Assembly: GCA_035516595.1 (NCBI GenBank)
Contig: DATJAE010000273.1
Span: 5,015-69,014, forward strand
Length of the DNA stretch: 64,000 bases
Direction: 5' to 3'
Origin: Kofleriaceae bacterium
Lineage (GTDB): Bacteria; Myxococcota_A; Polyangia; Haliangiales; Haliangiaceae
Below the pieces are notes generated by a model. It saw only the letters and a list, made by a program, of their open reading frames with translations. It had not been told where the DNA came from and made no database searches. Position 1 is the stretch's first letter, and every line of letters begins with the position of its first letter. Below are positions 13,351 through 23,258 of the stretch, in pieces. The position numbers and the translations under genes are program-made.

Positions 13351-14238
13351 GTGACCCGCCCGTGCGTGCTCGCGCTGGTCGCCGCGCTCGCGGCGTGCCG
13401 CAGCGGCCATCACCCGGGCGGCGAGCGCCGGACCGCGACGTTCGTGCCGCGCCACGTGGTGCCCAGACCGGGCGAGCCGCCGCCGTGGATCGGCATCGCG
13501 ATCGAGCCGGCTCCGGGCGCGCCGAGCCCGAGCACGCTGGCGCTCGAGCTCGGCAAGTGGAGCGCGGCCCAGGGCTGGGTCGAGCTGCGCGGAGGCACGG
13601 TTCGCGCCGGCGGGGTCGAGCTCGCGGCCCCGCCGCACGCCGAGCTCGTGCGCTACGGCGACGAGATCGTGGTGCAAGACGATCGCGGCGCCGCGTTTCA
13701 CGTCGGCAAGACGCTCGCGCCGGTCGGCGCGGACTCGGCGTGGCAGCGCGATCGCGCGGCCGCCGAGGCGCTGGTGCCGGCGGACTCGCGGCTCGCCGCC
13801 TTCGCGCGCGGCGCGGCCGGGCTGGTGGTCGCGATCGCCCGGCGCGACGCCGCCGGCGGCGCGATCGTGCGCGGCGCGGACACGATCCCGGCGCGCGACG
13901 TCATGTTCCGCGTGCCCACCTCGGTCGACCAGCTCGACGACGGCACGATCGTCGCGATCGTCGACGAGGTGATGATCGCGCGCGCGCCGCGCGACACGAC
14001 CTGGCGGCTGGTCGCCGACCAGCTCCACGCGCCGGGCGGCCTCGTCGCACGCGGCGGCTGGGCGTGCGTCGCGACCCAGGCGGAGGCCGATCACGCGCTG
14101 CATTGCGTGGCGCCCGGCGCCGGCCGCCACCTCGTGGTGCACGCCGACGCGGTCGTCGTGCCGCTCGACATCGTCCCCGCGCCGTGGCGGCTGGTCTACC
14201 GCACGGCCGGCGCGGTGTTCGAGCTGCCGCTCCGGTGA
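13351..14238 (+). CDS. hypothetical lipoprotein
   Basis: The GTG at 13351 gives VTRPCVLALVAALAACRSG (lipobox). GC3 stays high to the stop at 14238. The upstream part of the tracked ORF overlaps the MOSC gene. Confidence 0.6.
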   Translation: MTRPCVLALVAALAACRSGHHPGGERRTATFVPRHVVPRPGEPPPWIGIAIEPAPGAPSPSTLALELGKWSAAQGWVELRGGTVRAGGVELAAPPHAELVRYGDEIVVQDDRGAAFHVGKTLAPVGADSAWQRDRAAAEALVPADSRLAAFARGAAGLVVAIARRDAAGGAIVRGADTIPARDVMFRVPTSVDQLDDGTIVAIVDEVMIARAPRDTTWRLVADQLHAPGGLVARGGWACVATQAEADHALHCVAPGAGRHLVVHADAVVVPLDIVPAPWRLVYRTAGAVFELPLR

Positions 14239-14280
14239 CGATTTCGTGCGACCGGGCGCGGGGCGGCGGCTCGTACCGGC

Positions 14281-14724
14281 ATGACCACCGTCCGAACGTT
14301 CGCGCTCGTCCTCGTCACGCTGGCCGGCTGCATGATGCCGGGGCAAGGCCAAACCGCCGCATATCCTGCCGCTTCCGGCGGTGGCGCCCCGAGCGGGGGC
14401 GGCGGCTCCGACCCCGCGATGGCCGCGTCGTCCGGGGGCGGCGGCGCGCCCGCCGCGCCGGCCGGTCCGACCGTGGTCGATGTCGAGCTGCACAACGACT
14501 GCTCGAACGAGGTCAAGCTGTTCCTCGGCGACAAGCCCGGGTTCGGCAGCGGGACCAGCACGAGCCTGGGCTCGAACACCACGACCAGCTACCAGATGAA
14601 GCCGGGCGACATGATCTGGATCATCGACGACAGCGAGCACGGCCTGGCGTCGACCACGATCGGCGGCGGCAGCTCGCGCACGCACATCTCGATCACGTCG
14701 GGCTGCACCGGCTTCGGTCAGTGA
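14281..14724 (+). CDS. small hypothetical lipoprotein with Gly/Ala/Pro-rich linker
   Basis: 147-aa ORF with the lipobox LVTLAGC, a low-complexity linker, then a compact Ser/Thr-rich domain. Confidence 0.65.
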   Translation: MTTVRTFALVLVTLAGCMMPGQGQTAAYPAASGGGAPSGGGGSDPAMAASSGGGGAPAAPAGPTVVDVELHNDCSNEVKLFLGDKPGFGSGTSTSLGSNTTTSYQMKPGDMIWIIDDSEHGLASTTIGGGSSRTHISITSGCTGFGQ

Positions 14725-16052
14725 ACGATCGCCTCGATCGGCTTGCCGATCGCGCTCGGTAGCGCCACGCCGAGCAGGCGCGCCATGGTCGGCGCGATGT
14801 CGAGCATGTCGATCGTGCCGAGCGCGACGTGCGGCACGTGCGGGCCGTACGCGATCAGCGACGCGGCCATCGCCGGGTCGTCGGGCGGCCAGCCGTGCGT
14901 GCCGCGCGGCGACACCGCCTCGACCACCTCGCCGGTGCGCTGGTCGCTGAACGCGTTGCCCGGCGCGGCGACCAGCGCGAACGTCGCCGCGGGATCGCCG
15001 CCGAGCGCGACCAGCGCGTCGTGATCGATCCGGCGCGCGACGTGATCGCCGAGCTCGGCGAGCGCGTCGTCGAGCGCGCCGCGCTTGCTCGGGTCGAGCA
15101 GGTAGAACAACGCCGAGCCGCCGGCCGCGACGAAGCCGACGTCGGCCGAGCTCGGCTTGCCGTCGGGGGCGAGGCGCACCAGGCCGTGCGCGACCAGCAG
15201 CGCGCCGAGGTGGATCTCGTGATCGACCGGGGCGAAGCCGTGGTCCGACACCACGAACAGGGTCGTGCGCGGCCAGTCCGGCGAGGCCTGGAGATCGGCG
15301 AGCAGCGCGGCGACCTCGCGATCGGCGGCCTCGAGCACCGCCTTGGCCTCCGGGCTCCACGGCCCGTGCGCGTGCTGGGCATCGTCGAGCTCGAAGATGT
15401 GGATCAGCACGAGGTCGGGGTGGCGATGCGCGATCAGGTCGCGTGCGATCTCGATCTGCGCGTGGTCCTTGATCTCGTTCGGCGTGAGGTATTGCCAGAG
15501 GTCGGGCGACGCGGCGGCGACCTCGTCGAGCACGCCCGGCGTCGACAGCGCGCGCAGCAGCTTCTGGTCGTCGCGCGTGCCGGCGCGCCAGTACTCGGGC
15601 ACGACGATGCTCGCGTGCGCGCCGACCGCGACCGGCCAGATGACCAGCGCGGCGATGCCGTGGGCGGCCTCGACCGCCTCGTACAGCGTCGGCACCTTGA
15701 TGTCCTCGGCGTACCAGAACCAGCCGTGCTGGTTCTTGCCGAGCGGATCGAGCGGGGTGTTGCCGACGATGCCGTGGACGCGCGGCGGCACGCCGGTGAC
15801 CAGCGTGGTGTGCGACGGATAGGTCACGGTCGGCATCACCCCGTGCACCCGTCCCGCGGCGCCGCCGGCGACCAGCGCGCGCAGCGTCGGGACGCGCAGG
15901 CCGTGCGCGTCGGGATCGAGGTAGACGTCGGGCATCATGCCGTCGATGCTGATCACGACGACGCGGCCGGGCAGCGGCGCCTTGACCGCGCCCGGATCGC
16001 GCGGCGACGGCGTGCAGGCGACGAGCAGCGCGCACAGGACGGCGAATCGCAT
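14718..16052 (-). CDS. alkaline-phosphatase superfamily nucleotide pyrophosphatase/phosphodiesterase (NPP-type)
   Basis: 444-aa ORF with the lipoprotein signal LLVAC. It has NPP blocks VVISIDGMMPD, TVTYPSHTTLVTG and VVSDHGF. Confidence 0.9.
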   Translation of the reverse strand: MRFAVLCALLVACTPSPRDPGAVKAPLPGRVVVISIDGMMPDVYLDPDAHGLRVPTLRALVAGGAAGRVHGVMPTVTYPSHTTLVTGVPPRVHGIVGNTPLDPLGKNQHGWFWYAEDIKVPTLYEAVEAAHGIAALVIWPVAVGAHASIVVPEYWRAGTRDDQKLLRALSTPGVLDEVAAASPDLWQYLTPNEIKDHAQIEIARDLIAHRHPDLVLIHIFELDDAQHAHGPWSPEAKAVLEAADREVAALLADLQASPDWPRTTLFVVSDHGFAPVDHEIHLGALLVAHGLVRLAPDGKPSSADVGFVAAGGSALFYLLDPSKRGALDDALAELGDHVARRIDHDALVALGGDPAATFALVAAPGNAFSDQRTGEVVEAVSPRGTHGWPPDDPAMAASLIAYGPHVPHVALGTIDMLDIAPTMARLLGVALPSAIGKPIEAIVH

Positions 16053-16086
16053 GGCGTGACTCCACCACGAACGCGTGACGTTCGCG

Positions 16087-17892
16087 CTACTTCGCGTCGA
16101 CGATCGTCGTCACCGGCTCGCCGTAGAGCTCGCGCCACAGCTCGGCGGCGGCCGCGCGCAGCGCCGGACCGGGCACCGCGGCGAGCGCCGCCGCGAGCGG
16201 GACCAGGCGATCGCGGCCGCGCCCGGCCGGCTGGAGCTGCGGTGCGAGGTGGCGCGCCAGGCCCTCGATCACGACGTACGCCGCGAACATCTCGCCGGTG
16301 CCCCACTGGCCGCGGGTGAACGCGTCGCGCGCGAGGTGCCAAAGCGCGAGGTGCGGCGTGACCGGATCGTTCGCGATCTGCGACAGGTAGCCGGCGAGCT
16401 CGGCGCGCGCGGCGTGCACGATCGGGACCTCGTTGCCATCGTCGTCGTGCGGCGAGCCGAGCATGTCCTCGAGCGGCTGCGGGTAGCGCAGCTCGATCTC
16501 GCGATCGAAGTCGTAGCCGTGCTCGGCCTCGTGGCGGCGCACCGACGCGACCACCAGCTGATGGATGCGATCGGCGATGCGCGGCGCGTCGAGCTCGGCG
16601 AGCTCGGCCTCGATCGCCTCGACGCGTTCGCGCTGGTAGTGCGGCACGTGGCTCGCGAGCTGGTCGAGCAGGCCGTCGGGCAGGAACAGCTGGTCGGTGC
16701 GCACCATCGCGAGGTGGCGGCGCTCGAGCGAGTCGCGCCACTGATCCATGATGCCGCGGCGCTCGATCAGCAGGCTCGCGATCCGCCCGGCCTGCGCGGC
16801 GTCGCCGCCGAGCGCGGCGTCGAGCTCGCCGCGCACCGCCTTTCCGACCGCGAGCGCGAGCCTGCGGCCCGCCGGGTCGTCGAGCCACTCCGGCTCGGCG
16901 AGCGGATAGGGCGCGTCCTCGGCGAGCACCGGGATGACCTCGGTCGCGACGTCCTCGTCGACCCGCTCGGTCATGATCACCGGATCGACGAAGCCCTCGC
17001 TGTGCAGGCCGAGCGCGGCGTACGCCGTGTTGAGCGCGTCGATCCGCGACAGCGTCAGCACGCGGCGCGGTGCGCCCGCGACGATCACGAACACGACCTC
17101 GTCGACGCGATACGCCTGCAGGTAGGCCAGGCCGTCCTTGATCCGGCCCTCGATCACGTAGCCGAGGCCGGCGTCGGCGAAGCGCTGTGACACGTCGCGG
17201 CCGGCCTCGCGCAGCAGATCGCCGGCGCGCGCGGCGTCGCTGGCGCCCTCGCACGCGAGCACCGCGGTCGCGAACTGATCGATCAGCGCGCGCCACGCGT
17301 TGGCGAGCGCGTCGCCGTGGCTCGCGAGCGGCGCGGGCTGGCGCATCGGATCGATCAGCGGCGCGAGCTCGCTGCGGCGCGCCTGGGTGGCGGCCGCGGC
17401 GTCGACCACCAGCGAGGTCAGCGGGCCGGCGAGCACGCGATCGATCGCGGGGTCGTGAAGCGGTACGCCGCCGCGCGCGAACGCCTGCGCCGACGGCGGC
17501 GGCATCGGACGGACGTAGCTCCGCGGCTTGGCGCCGGGCCGGGCGAGGATCGCGAACGCGATCGCGCCGGCGACCGCGAGCACCATCGCCGCGGGCACGA
17601 TCGTCCAGATCGGGACGCGCGGCCGCACCGGCGCGGGCAGCGCGGCGTACGCGGCCTCGACCTCGGGCTCCGCGACCGCCTTGCCCGCGATCGCGAGCGC
17701 GGCGACCCGCATGACGTGCGCCGGTGATCGGTTCGCGGTCGCGAGCTGCGCGTCGATCAGCGCGCGCTCCAGCCTCCGCCGCGCGAGCACGCGCGCCACC
17801 GGATCGAACCGGCGCAGCGCCGCGCGCGCCGCGTCGTCATCGTTCGCCGCGATCCCCGCGGCGAGCGCGCACGAGACGTGACGGTCGAGCAC
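16087..17892 (-). CDS. hypothetical single-pass membrane protein with an HExxH motif
   Basis: 601-aa ORF with one TM helix (IWTIVPAAMVLAVAGAIAFAILA) after about 100 aa. A large C-terminal domain contains RRHEAEHGYDF. Confidence 0.7.
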   Translation of the reverse strand: MLDRHVSCALAAGIAANDDDAARAALRRFDPVARVLARRRLERALIDAQLATANRSPAHVMRVAALAIAGKAVAEPEVEAAYAALPAPVRPRVPIWTIVPAAMVLAVAGAIAFAILARPGAKPRSYVRPMPPPSAQAFARGGVPLHDPAIDRVLAGPLTSLVVDAAAATQARRSELAPLIDPMRQPAPLASHGDALANAWRALIDQFATAVLACEGASDAARAGDLLREAGRDVSQRFADAGLGYVIEGRIKDGLAYLQAYRVDEVVFVIVAGAPRRVLTLSRIDALNTAYAALGLHSEGFVDPVIMTERVDEDVATEVIPVLAEDAPYPLAEPEWLDDPAGRRLALAVGKAVRGELDAALGGDAAQAGRIASLLIERRGIMDQWRDSLERRHLAMVRTDQLFLPDGLLDQLASHVPHYQRERVEAIEAELAELDAPRIADRIHQLVVASVRRHEAEHGYDFDREIELRYPQPLEDMLGSPHDDDGNEVPIVHAARAELAGYLSQIANDPVTPHLALWHLARDAFTRGQWGTGEMFAAYVVIEGLARHLAPQLQPAGRGRDRLVPLAAALAAVPGPALRAAAAELWRELYGEPVTTIVDAK

Positions 17893-17954
17893 GCCGTGAA
17901 TCTGACGGGCTCCGCCGGCCCTGGCAAGCGCTACGGTGATGCTACGATCGTGCC

Positions 17955-20132
17955 GTGGCAGACCTCGCGGGCCAGACGCTCGCCGATCGCTACGACCTGC
18001 TCGAGCGGCTCGGCGCAGGCGGCATGGGCGAGGTGTACCGCGCCCGCGATCGCGAGCTCGACGAGCTGGTCGCGCTCAAGGTGATCCGCGCCGACCGCGC
18101 CGGTGATCCCGAGCTGCTCGCGCGGTTCCGCCACGAGGTCAAGCTCGCGCGGCGGGTGACCCATGGCAACGTCGCGCGCACGTTCGAGCTCGGTCACGAC
18201 GGCAGCATCACGTTCTGCACGATGGAGCTGGTGCAGGGCGAGTCGCTCACCCGGCGGCTGGGCGCGCGGGGCAAGCTCGCGGTGGCCGAGGCGGCCGCGA
18301 TCGCCGCTGCGGTGTGCGACGGGCTCGACGCCGCGCACGCGGTCGACGTGATCCACCGCGACATCAAGCCGGACAACATCTTGCTCGCGAGCGACGGCCG
18401 GGTGGTGGTCGCGGACTTCGGGATCGCCGCGGTCGGCGTGGCGCGCGACAGCGACCCGGCCGGGACGCCGCAGTACATGGCGCCCGAGCAGGCGCGCGGC
18501 GAGCCGGCGAGCCCCGCGAGCGACGTCTACGCGGTCGGCGTGGTGCTCTACGAGATGACGACCGGGCGGCGCGCGTTCGCGGGCGACGCGCTCGCGGTGC
18601 TCGACGCGAAGCAGCAGCTCGACCGGCTCACCGCACCCGAGCTGCCGCCCGAATTCGACGAGGTGATCGGCCGGGCGACCGCACGCGACGCCGCGGCTCG
18701 GATCGCGAGCGCGGCCGCGCTGCGCCACGCGCTCGCGCCGTGGCTGGGCGGCGAGCGCCGGCCGCGCGCCGCGTCCCGCCAGGTCGCCGACGCGCGCGAG
18801 CTGCACCGCGTGGTCGTGCTGGCGCCGCGCGGCGACGGCGCGCTGCTCTACGTCGCCGACGCGGTGCACGAGGGCGTGCTGGCCGCGCTGTCGCGCCGGC
18901 CGCGCGTGCGCGTGTTGCCGCGCACCGTCGCGCCGGCCGATCACGACGGCTACGTCGTCGCGTTCGCGGTCGGCAGCCAGCTCCAGCTCGAGCTGTCGCG
19001 CGGCGGCGAGCGCGCGCTGGTGCTCGACCTGCCGCTCGCGGTCGGCCAGGTCGCGGCCGCGGTCGAGGCCGCGCTCGCCGCGATCGTCGCCGCGCTCGGG
19101 CTGGCGTCCGCGCCGGTCACGAGCTCCGAGGCCAGCGAGCTGCTGCTGCGCGCGCGCTCGATGATGAACCGCAGCGCGCTCGGCGCCGACGACGCGGTCG
19201 CGCTGCTCGACCGCGCCGCCGCGATCGCGCCCGGCGATCCGCGGATCGCGGCGGCGATCGCGATGGTGAGCGTGCGCCGCGCGTTCGTCGGACGTGGTGA
19301 CGACGAGCACGCGCTGGCCCGCGCCACCGAGCTCGCGCGCGCCGCGGTCGCGACCGCGCCCGAGCTCGCCGACGCGCACGTCGCGATCGGCCACGTCGCG
19401 CTGCATCGCGGGGACGCGGTCGGCGCCGCGGGTCACTTTCGCGTCGCGATCGCGCGCTCGCCGCACGACGCCGAGGCCCACGACTACCTCGGCCGGCTGC
19501 TGCTCGAGGCCGGCTATCTCGACCTCGCGCTGGCCCGGCTCGAGGAGGCGATCGCGATCGCGCCGCGCCGCGCCGCCGTGCGCTGGGAGGTCGCGCGGGC
19601 GTTCGCGCTCGAGCAGCGCTGGGCCGAGTACGACGCGCTGGTCGACGAGCTCGTGCGCGGGCCGAGCACGCGCGCGTTCTTCCGCGCGCGCGTCGAGCTG
19701 TGGCGCGGCAACGCCGCGCGCGCGGCGGAGCTCGCGCGCGCGCCGAGCGAGCTGTTCCACGACGCGTATCCGGAGCTCGCGGCGGTGTATCGCGGCGAGC
19801 CGTGGCGCGACCATCGCGCGGCGCTGGTGGCCGTCGCGCTCGACACTCGCGCCGCGGACAGCCGCCGGCGCAGCTTCATCGCGCAGGTCGTCGCCGAGGT
19901 GGCGGGCGGCGCCGGCGACCTCGCGAGCTGCACGCTGCTGATCGAGCACGCGGTGCGCCAGGGCCTGCTCGACCTGCACTGGCTCGATCGCTGCCCGCTG
20001 CTCGCGCCGGTGCGCGCCACCGGCTCGTTCGCCGCGGCACGGGCGCGCGTGCGAGCGCGCGCCGAGGCCGTGCTCGACGCGCTGTACGGCGATCACGTGC
20101 TGCCCACGGTCGAGACCCAGCTGGCTGGCTAG
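17955..20132 (+). CDS. Ser/Thr protein kinase with long C-terminal TPR-like helical domain
   Basis: 725-aa ORF with motifs GAGGMGEVY, VALKVI, HRDIKPDNILL, DFGIA and GTPQYMAPE. The C-terminal approximately 400 aa is Ala/Leu-rich repeat helices. Confidence 0.9.
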   Translation: MADLAGQTLADRYDLLERLGAGGMGEVYRARDRELDELVALKVIRADRAGDPELLARFRHEVKLARRVTHGNVARTFELGHDGSITFCTMELVQGESLTRRLGARGKLAVAEAAAIAAAVCDGLDAAHAVDVIHRDIKPDNILLASDGRVVVADFGIAAVGVARDSDPAGTPQYMAPEQARGEPASPASDVYAVGVVLYEMTTGRRAFAGDALAVLDAKQQLDRLTAPELPPEFDEVIGRATARDAAARIASAAALRHALAPWLGGERRPRAASRQVADARELHRVVVLAPRGDGALLYVADAVHEGVLAALSRRPRVRVLPRTVAPADHDGYVVAFAVGSQLQLELSRGGERALVLDLPLAVGQVAAAVEAALAAIVAALGLASAPVTSSEASELLLRARSMMNRSALGADDAVALLDRAAAIAPGDPRIAAAIAMVSVRRAFVGRGDDEHALARATELARAAVATAPELADAHVAIGHVALHRGDAVGAAGHFRVAIARSPHDAEAHDYLGRLLLEAGYLDLALARLEEAIAIAPRRAAVRWEVARAFALEQRWAEYDALVDELVRGPSTRAFFRARVELWRGNAARAAELARAPSELFHDAYPELAAVYRGEPWRDHRAALVAVALDTRAADSRRRSFIAQVVAEVAGGAGDLASCTLLIEHAVRQGLLDLHWLDRCPLLAPVRATGSFAAARARVRARAEAVLDALYGDHVLPTVETQLAG

Positions 20133-20141
20133 GACCTCGGC

Positions 20142-20183
20142 CCTCGGACCTCCGGGAGACAGGGAACACGCGGAGGTCCGAGG
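20142..20183. terminator. 13-bp perfect hairpin between convergent genes (possible bidirectional terminator)
   Basis: CCTCGGACCTCCG (20142-20154) and CGGAGGTCCGAGG (20171-20183) are exact reverse complements separated by a 16-nt loop. No T tract follows. Confidence 0.5.
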
Positions 20184-20191
20184 ACCGAGAA

Positions 20192-23191
20192 TCAGGTGTA
20201 CTGCCAGAGCGCCTCGAACCCGCCGCGGCCGCGCAGCACGTACAGCCCGCCGGCGAGCCCGGCGTCGTCCCAGCCCTTGCCGTCGAGCTTGCGCCCGTCG
20301 AAGTCGAGCTGGAGCATCAGCTCGCCGAGGATCGGACCCTGGATCGGCGACGCGAAGCCGCCGACCTTGTCGAACTCGTCCGATCCGGCGATCGCGTCGA
20401 TCAGCTCGCCGAACACCGGATCGTCCTGCGCGAGCTGCTCGGCGCGCGCGCGGTCGAGCTCGTGGCGTGGCTCGCCGAGCTCGATCGGCCGCGCGCGCAG
20501 CACCGCGACACCGCCGGGGGCCTTGCCGGGCGCGCGCGCCAGCTCGGCGGCCGAGCGGGCGATCACGACGGTGCAGCCGTCGTCGCCCTCGGTGGCGGTG
20601 CCGTCGGTCTTGACGAACACCGCGAAGCCGCCGCCGCCGAGCGCGTCGGGCACCGCGAGCTGACAGAGGAAGCCGAGCGGCTCGCCGTCGTCATCGTGCG
20701 GCCACTCGCCGGCCGTGATCGAGGACGGCAGCCCGCCGAACCGGTTCGGGCCGGCGTCCTTGGCCGGCTTGCCGATCGTCACGTCGAACGCGAGCCGGCC
20801 GAGCGCGCGCAGCACGGCGTCGCGCTCGAGCCGGTCGGCGGTGACGTAGCCCTCGACCTTGCGGCCCTCGGCGAGCCTGGCGAGCGACGGCAGATCGTCG
20901 CCCGTCGTGAGGCGCTCCGCGAGCGACCCGGCGATCGAGCCGGTGCGCGTGCGCAGCGTGCCGGCGTCGAGGTCGGCGAAGAACGCGTCGATCCCGCCGG
21001 CGTGGGCGCGATACAGCCGCACGCCCGGCGGCGTGCGCGCCGGCAGCTCGGTCGTGCGCGCGCCGAGCGACGCGGCGAGCGCGAACACCGGTGCGAGCTC
21101 GATCGCGTAGGCCGGGCGCTCGGTGTCGTGGCTGCCGTCCCAGCTGTACAGCCGGCGCGACGCCGGCTCGAACACGATGTCGCGGAACGGCGGCGCCTCG
21201 TCGTCGTCGCGCTCCGGCAGGCGGCCGACCAGCTCGCAGCCCGCGAGATCGACCCGTACGATCTTGCCGTGCACGAGATCGACGAGCAGGGTCTCGCCGG
21301 TCGCCGGATCGTGCACCGCGATGCGCCGGCCGCTCGGCGCGAGGTCGCCGAGCCGAGGTGGCCGCGCGGCGAGCCAGACATCGCCATCGAGCACGAACAG
21401 CTCGTCGCGACCGAACCGCAGCGTGCGGCCGAGCGCGCCGTCGAACACCAGCACGTGCGGGACCTCGTCGCTGGGGCGCGGCGTCGGCGGCAGCTTGCGC
21501 CAGTCGGTGCCGGGCTCGCGCACCAGCGTCGCGCTCGGCGTCCACGCGACGAGCCGCCCGCTCGGCTCGACGGCGAGCTGGACGTCGCTGCGCTCGCCGA
21601 ACGTCGCGCTCGGCTCGGCGGTCCAGGCGCCGCCGTGGAGGCGGTACACGGTGCCGCGATCGGACAGCGCGACGACCTCGCCGCGCGGGCCGGCCGCGAG
21701 CGCGATCCGGGTCGTGCCGGCGCCGGCCGCGAACGCGGCCTCGCCGGTCGGCTCGTCGACGATCGGCGACCACCCGGCGGCGTCGTCCCAGCGCAGCGTC
21801 GCGAGGCTGTGCCGCCACGCGACCGCGTGGATCGCGCCGCCCGCCGCGACCAGCACGGTCCAGCCGCCCGAGCTCTTGATCTCGCCGAGCGGGTTCTCCG
21901 CCGCGGGCGTGCCGAGCTGCGTCCACGCACCGCCGGCGGCCGCGTAGAACACGTGCTGGTCGTGGCCGCGCCTGCCCGCCGAGTACATGCCCGGGCCGAT
22001 CAGCAGCTCGCCGCTGGGCGAGGCCGCGAGCGCGGTGGCGCGGCTCGACGGCGGCGCGGCGGCGCCGGCCGGGCTCGCGACCCAGCGCTCGCCGTGCAGC
22101 GCGAACACGCCCTCGTCGGGGCGGGTATAGACGATCGGCCCGAGCGCGGGATGCTCGCCGACGACCGCGCCGTCGCCCGAGCCGAAGCCGAACAGCTCGT
22201 CGCGCAGCCCATCGGAGGGCAGCGCGACCAGCGCGCGGCCGTCCCACGCCGCGAAGCGCAGCGCGTCGTCGACCACCATCCAGAACACGACGCGCCGGCG
22301 CGGCTCGTCCCACACGCCGCCGGCCCCGCCGCGCGAGAACCCGCGATCGCCGTCGAGCTCGCCGATCATCCCGGGCGGGAGGTCGCCGGCGCGCCGCCAG
22401 CGATCCTCGCGGTCGAGCTCCCAGATCGCGCCCGGCGTCAGCGCGACCCAGACGTGGCGGGCGCGGTCGTAACCGAACACCGCGACCAGCTGGTCCCACT
22501 CGACGTCGCTGTCCGGAAAGCCGCCGTCGGGCAGCCCGGAGGTCGCGCGGCGCTCGAACGGCGACTCGGTGTAGTCCGCGAACGCGTCGGGCGCGGCGAG
22601 CACGGTGAGGCCGCTCGCGCCGATCACCACGCCGATCGGCTGGCGGTCATCGCACGACCAGCCGATCACGCCGCCGCGATCCGGATCGTACGCGCCGGTC
22701 CACGCCTGCTGCGCCGAGCCGAGCCGGTAGGTCGCGTCGCTGATCCGCCGCCACGCGCCGTCGTAGCTCCAGGCGTGGCCGAACTGGTGGTAGTCGGGGC
22801 TGGTCGCGTAGACGAACGCGGCGCGCGCCGGATCCCACGCGAGCACGTACTCGCCCGGCTTGACCGGCGGGTCGGGCAGGGCCGCGCCGCCGGCGCCGGG
22901 GCCGAGCGCGGCCCACGCCAGCTCGATCGGCTCGACGCCGGCGCTCGGGCCGCGATCGACGAGCATCTCGGCGAGCGTGTCGGCGAGCTCGCGGCCGGCG
23001 CGCTCGACCAGCGCGTCGTCGATCGCCCCGAGCTCCTCGGGGAAGCTCTCGAGCGCTTCGCGGCCGACCGCCTGCCAGCGCGCGAGCACCCTGGAACGCA
23101 CCGTGTCGCGGTCGCGCGGACCGTCGTAGGTCCGGGCGAGCTGCTGCGCGAGGCCGCCGAGGATCATGTCGAGCATGTCGTCCTGCCGCAT
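20192..23191 (-). CDS. large multidomain protein: N-terminal helical region, Kelch-like propeller repeats, WGR-like segment, C-terminal DUF1963/YwqG-like domain
   Basis: 999-aa ORF with recurrent W/G-rich beta-propeller-like repeats. The C-terminal block NRFGGLPSS...WPHDDDGEPLGFLCQLA...GGLYVL resembles DUF1963. Confidence 0.8.
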   Translation of the reverse strand: MRQDDMLDMILGGLAQQLARTYDGPRDRDTVRSRVLARWQAVGREALESFPEELGAIDDALVERAGRELADTLAEMLVDRGPSAGVEPIELAWAALGPGAGGAALPDPPVKPGEYVLAWDPARAAFVYATSPDYHQFGHAWSYDGAWRRISDATYRLGSAQQAWTGAYDPDRGGVIGWSCDDRQPIGVVIGASGLTVLAAPDAFADYTESPFERRATSGLPDGGFPDSDVEWDQLVAVFGYDRARHVWVALTPGAIWELDREDRWRRAGDLPPGMIGELDGDRGFSRGGAGGVWDEPRRRVVFWMVVDDALRFAAWDGRALVALPSDGLRDELFGFGSGDGAVVGEHPALGPIVYTRPDEGVFALHGERWVASPAGAAAPPSSRATALAASPSGELLIGPGMYSAGRRGHDQHVFYAAAGGAWTQLGTPAAENPLGEIKSSGGWTVLVAAGGAIHAVAWRHSLATLRWDDAAGWSPIVDEPTGEAAFAAGAGTTRIALAAGPRGEVVALSDRGTVYRLHGGAWTAEPSATFGERSDVQLAVEPSGRLVAWTPSATLVREPGTDWRKLPPTPRPSDEVPHVLVFDGALGRTLRFGRDELFVLDGDVWLAARPPRLGDLAPSGRRIAVHDPATGETLLVDLVHGKIVRVDLAGCELVGRLPERDDDEAPPFRDIVFEPASRRLYSWDGSHDTERPAYAIELAPVFALAASLGARTTELPARTPPGVRLYRAHAGGIDAFFADLDAGTLRTRTGSIAGSLAERLTTGDDLPSLARLAEGRKVEGYVTADRLERDAVLRALGRLAFDVTIGKPAKDAGPNRFGGLPSSITAGEWPHDDDGEPLGFLCQLAVPDALGGGGFAVFVKTDGTATEGDDGCTVVIARSAAELARAPGKAPGGVAVLRARPIELGEPRHELDRARAEQLAQDDPVFGELIDAIAGSDEFDKVGGFASPIQGPILGELMLQLDFDGRKLDGKGWDDAGLAGGLYVLRGRGGFEALWQYT

Positions 23192-23258
23192 GGGGCGATG
23201 CTGTCAGCAAGGCGCGTGCCCCTTCAAGGGCGTGAATCGACTCGCGGGTCGCGGCGCA

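Noticed and set aside
14380-14470. Gly/Ala/Pro-rich stretch (GGGAPSGGGGSDPAMAASSGGGGAPAAPAG), considered as a possible DNA repeat or contingency locus
   Set aside because: The low complexity is at the protein level only. The underlying DNA is not a regular tandem repeat. It is consistent with a flexible lipoprotein linker.
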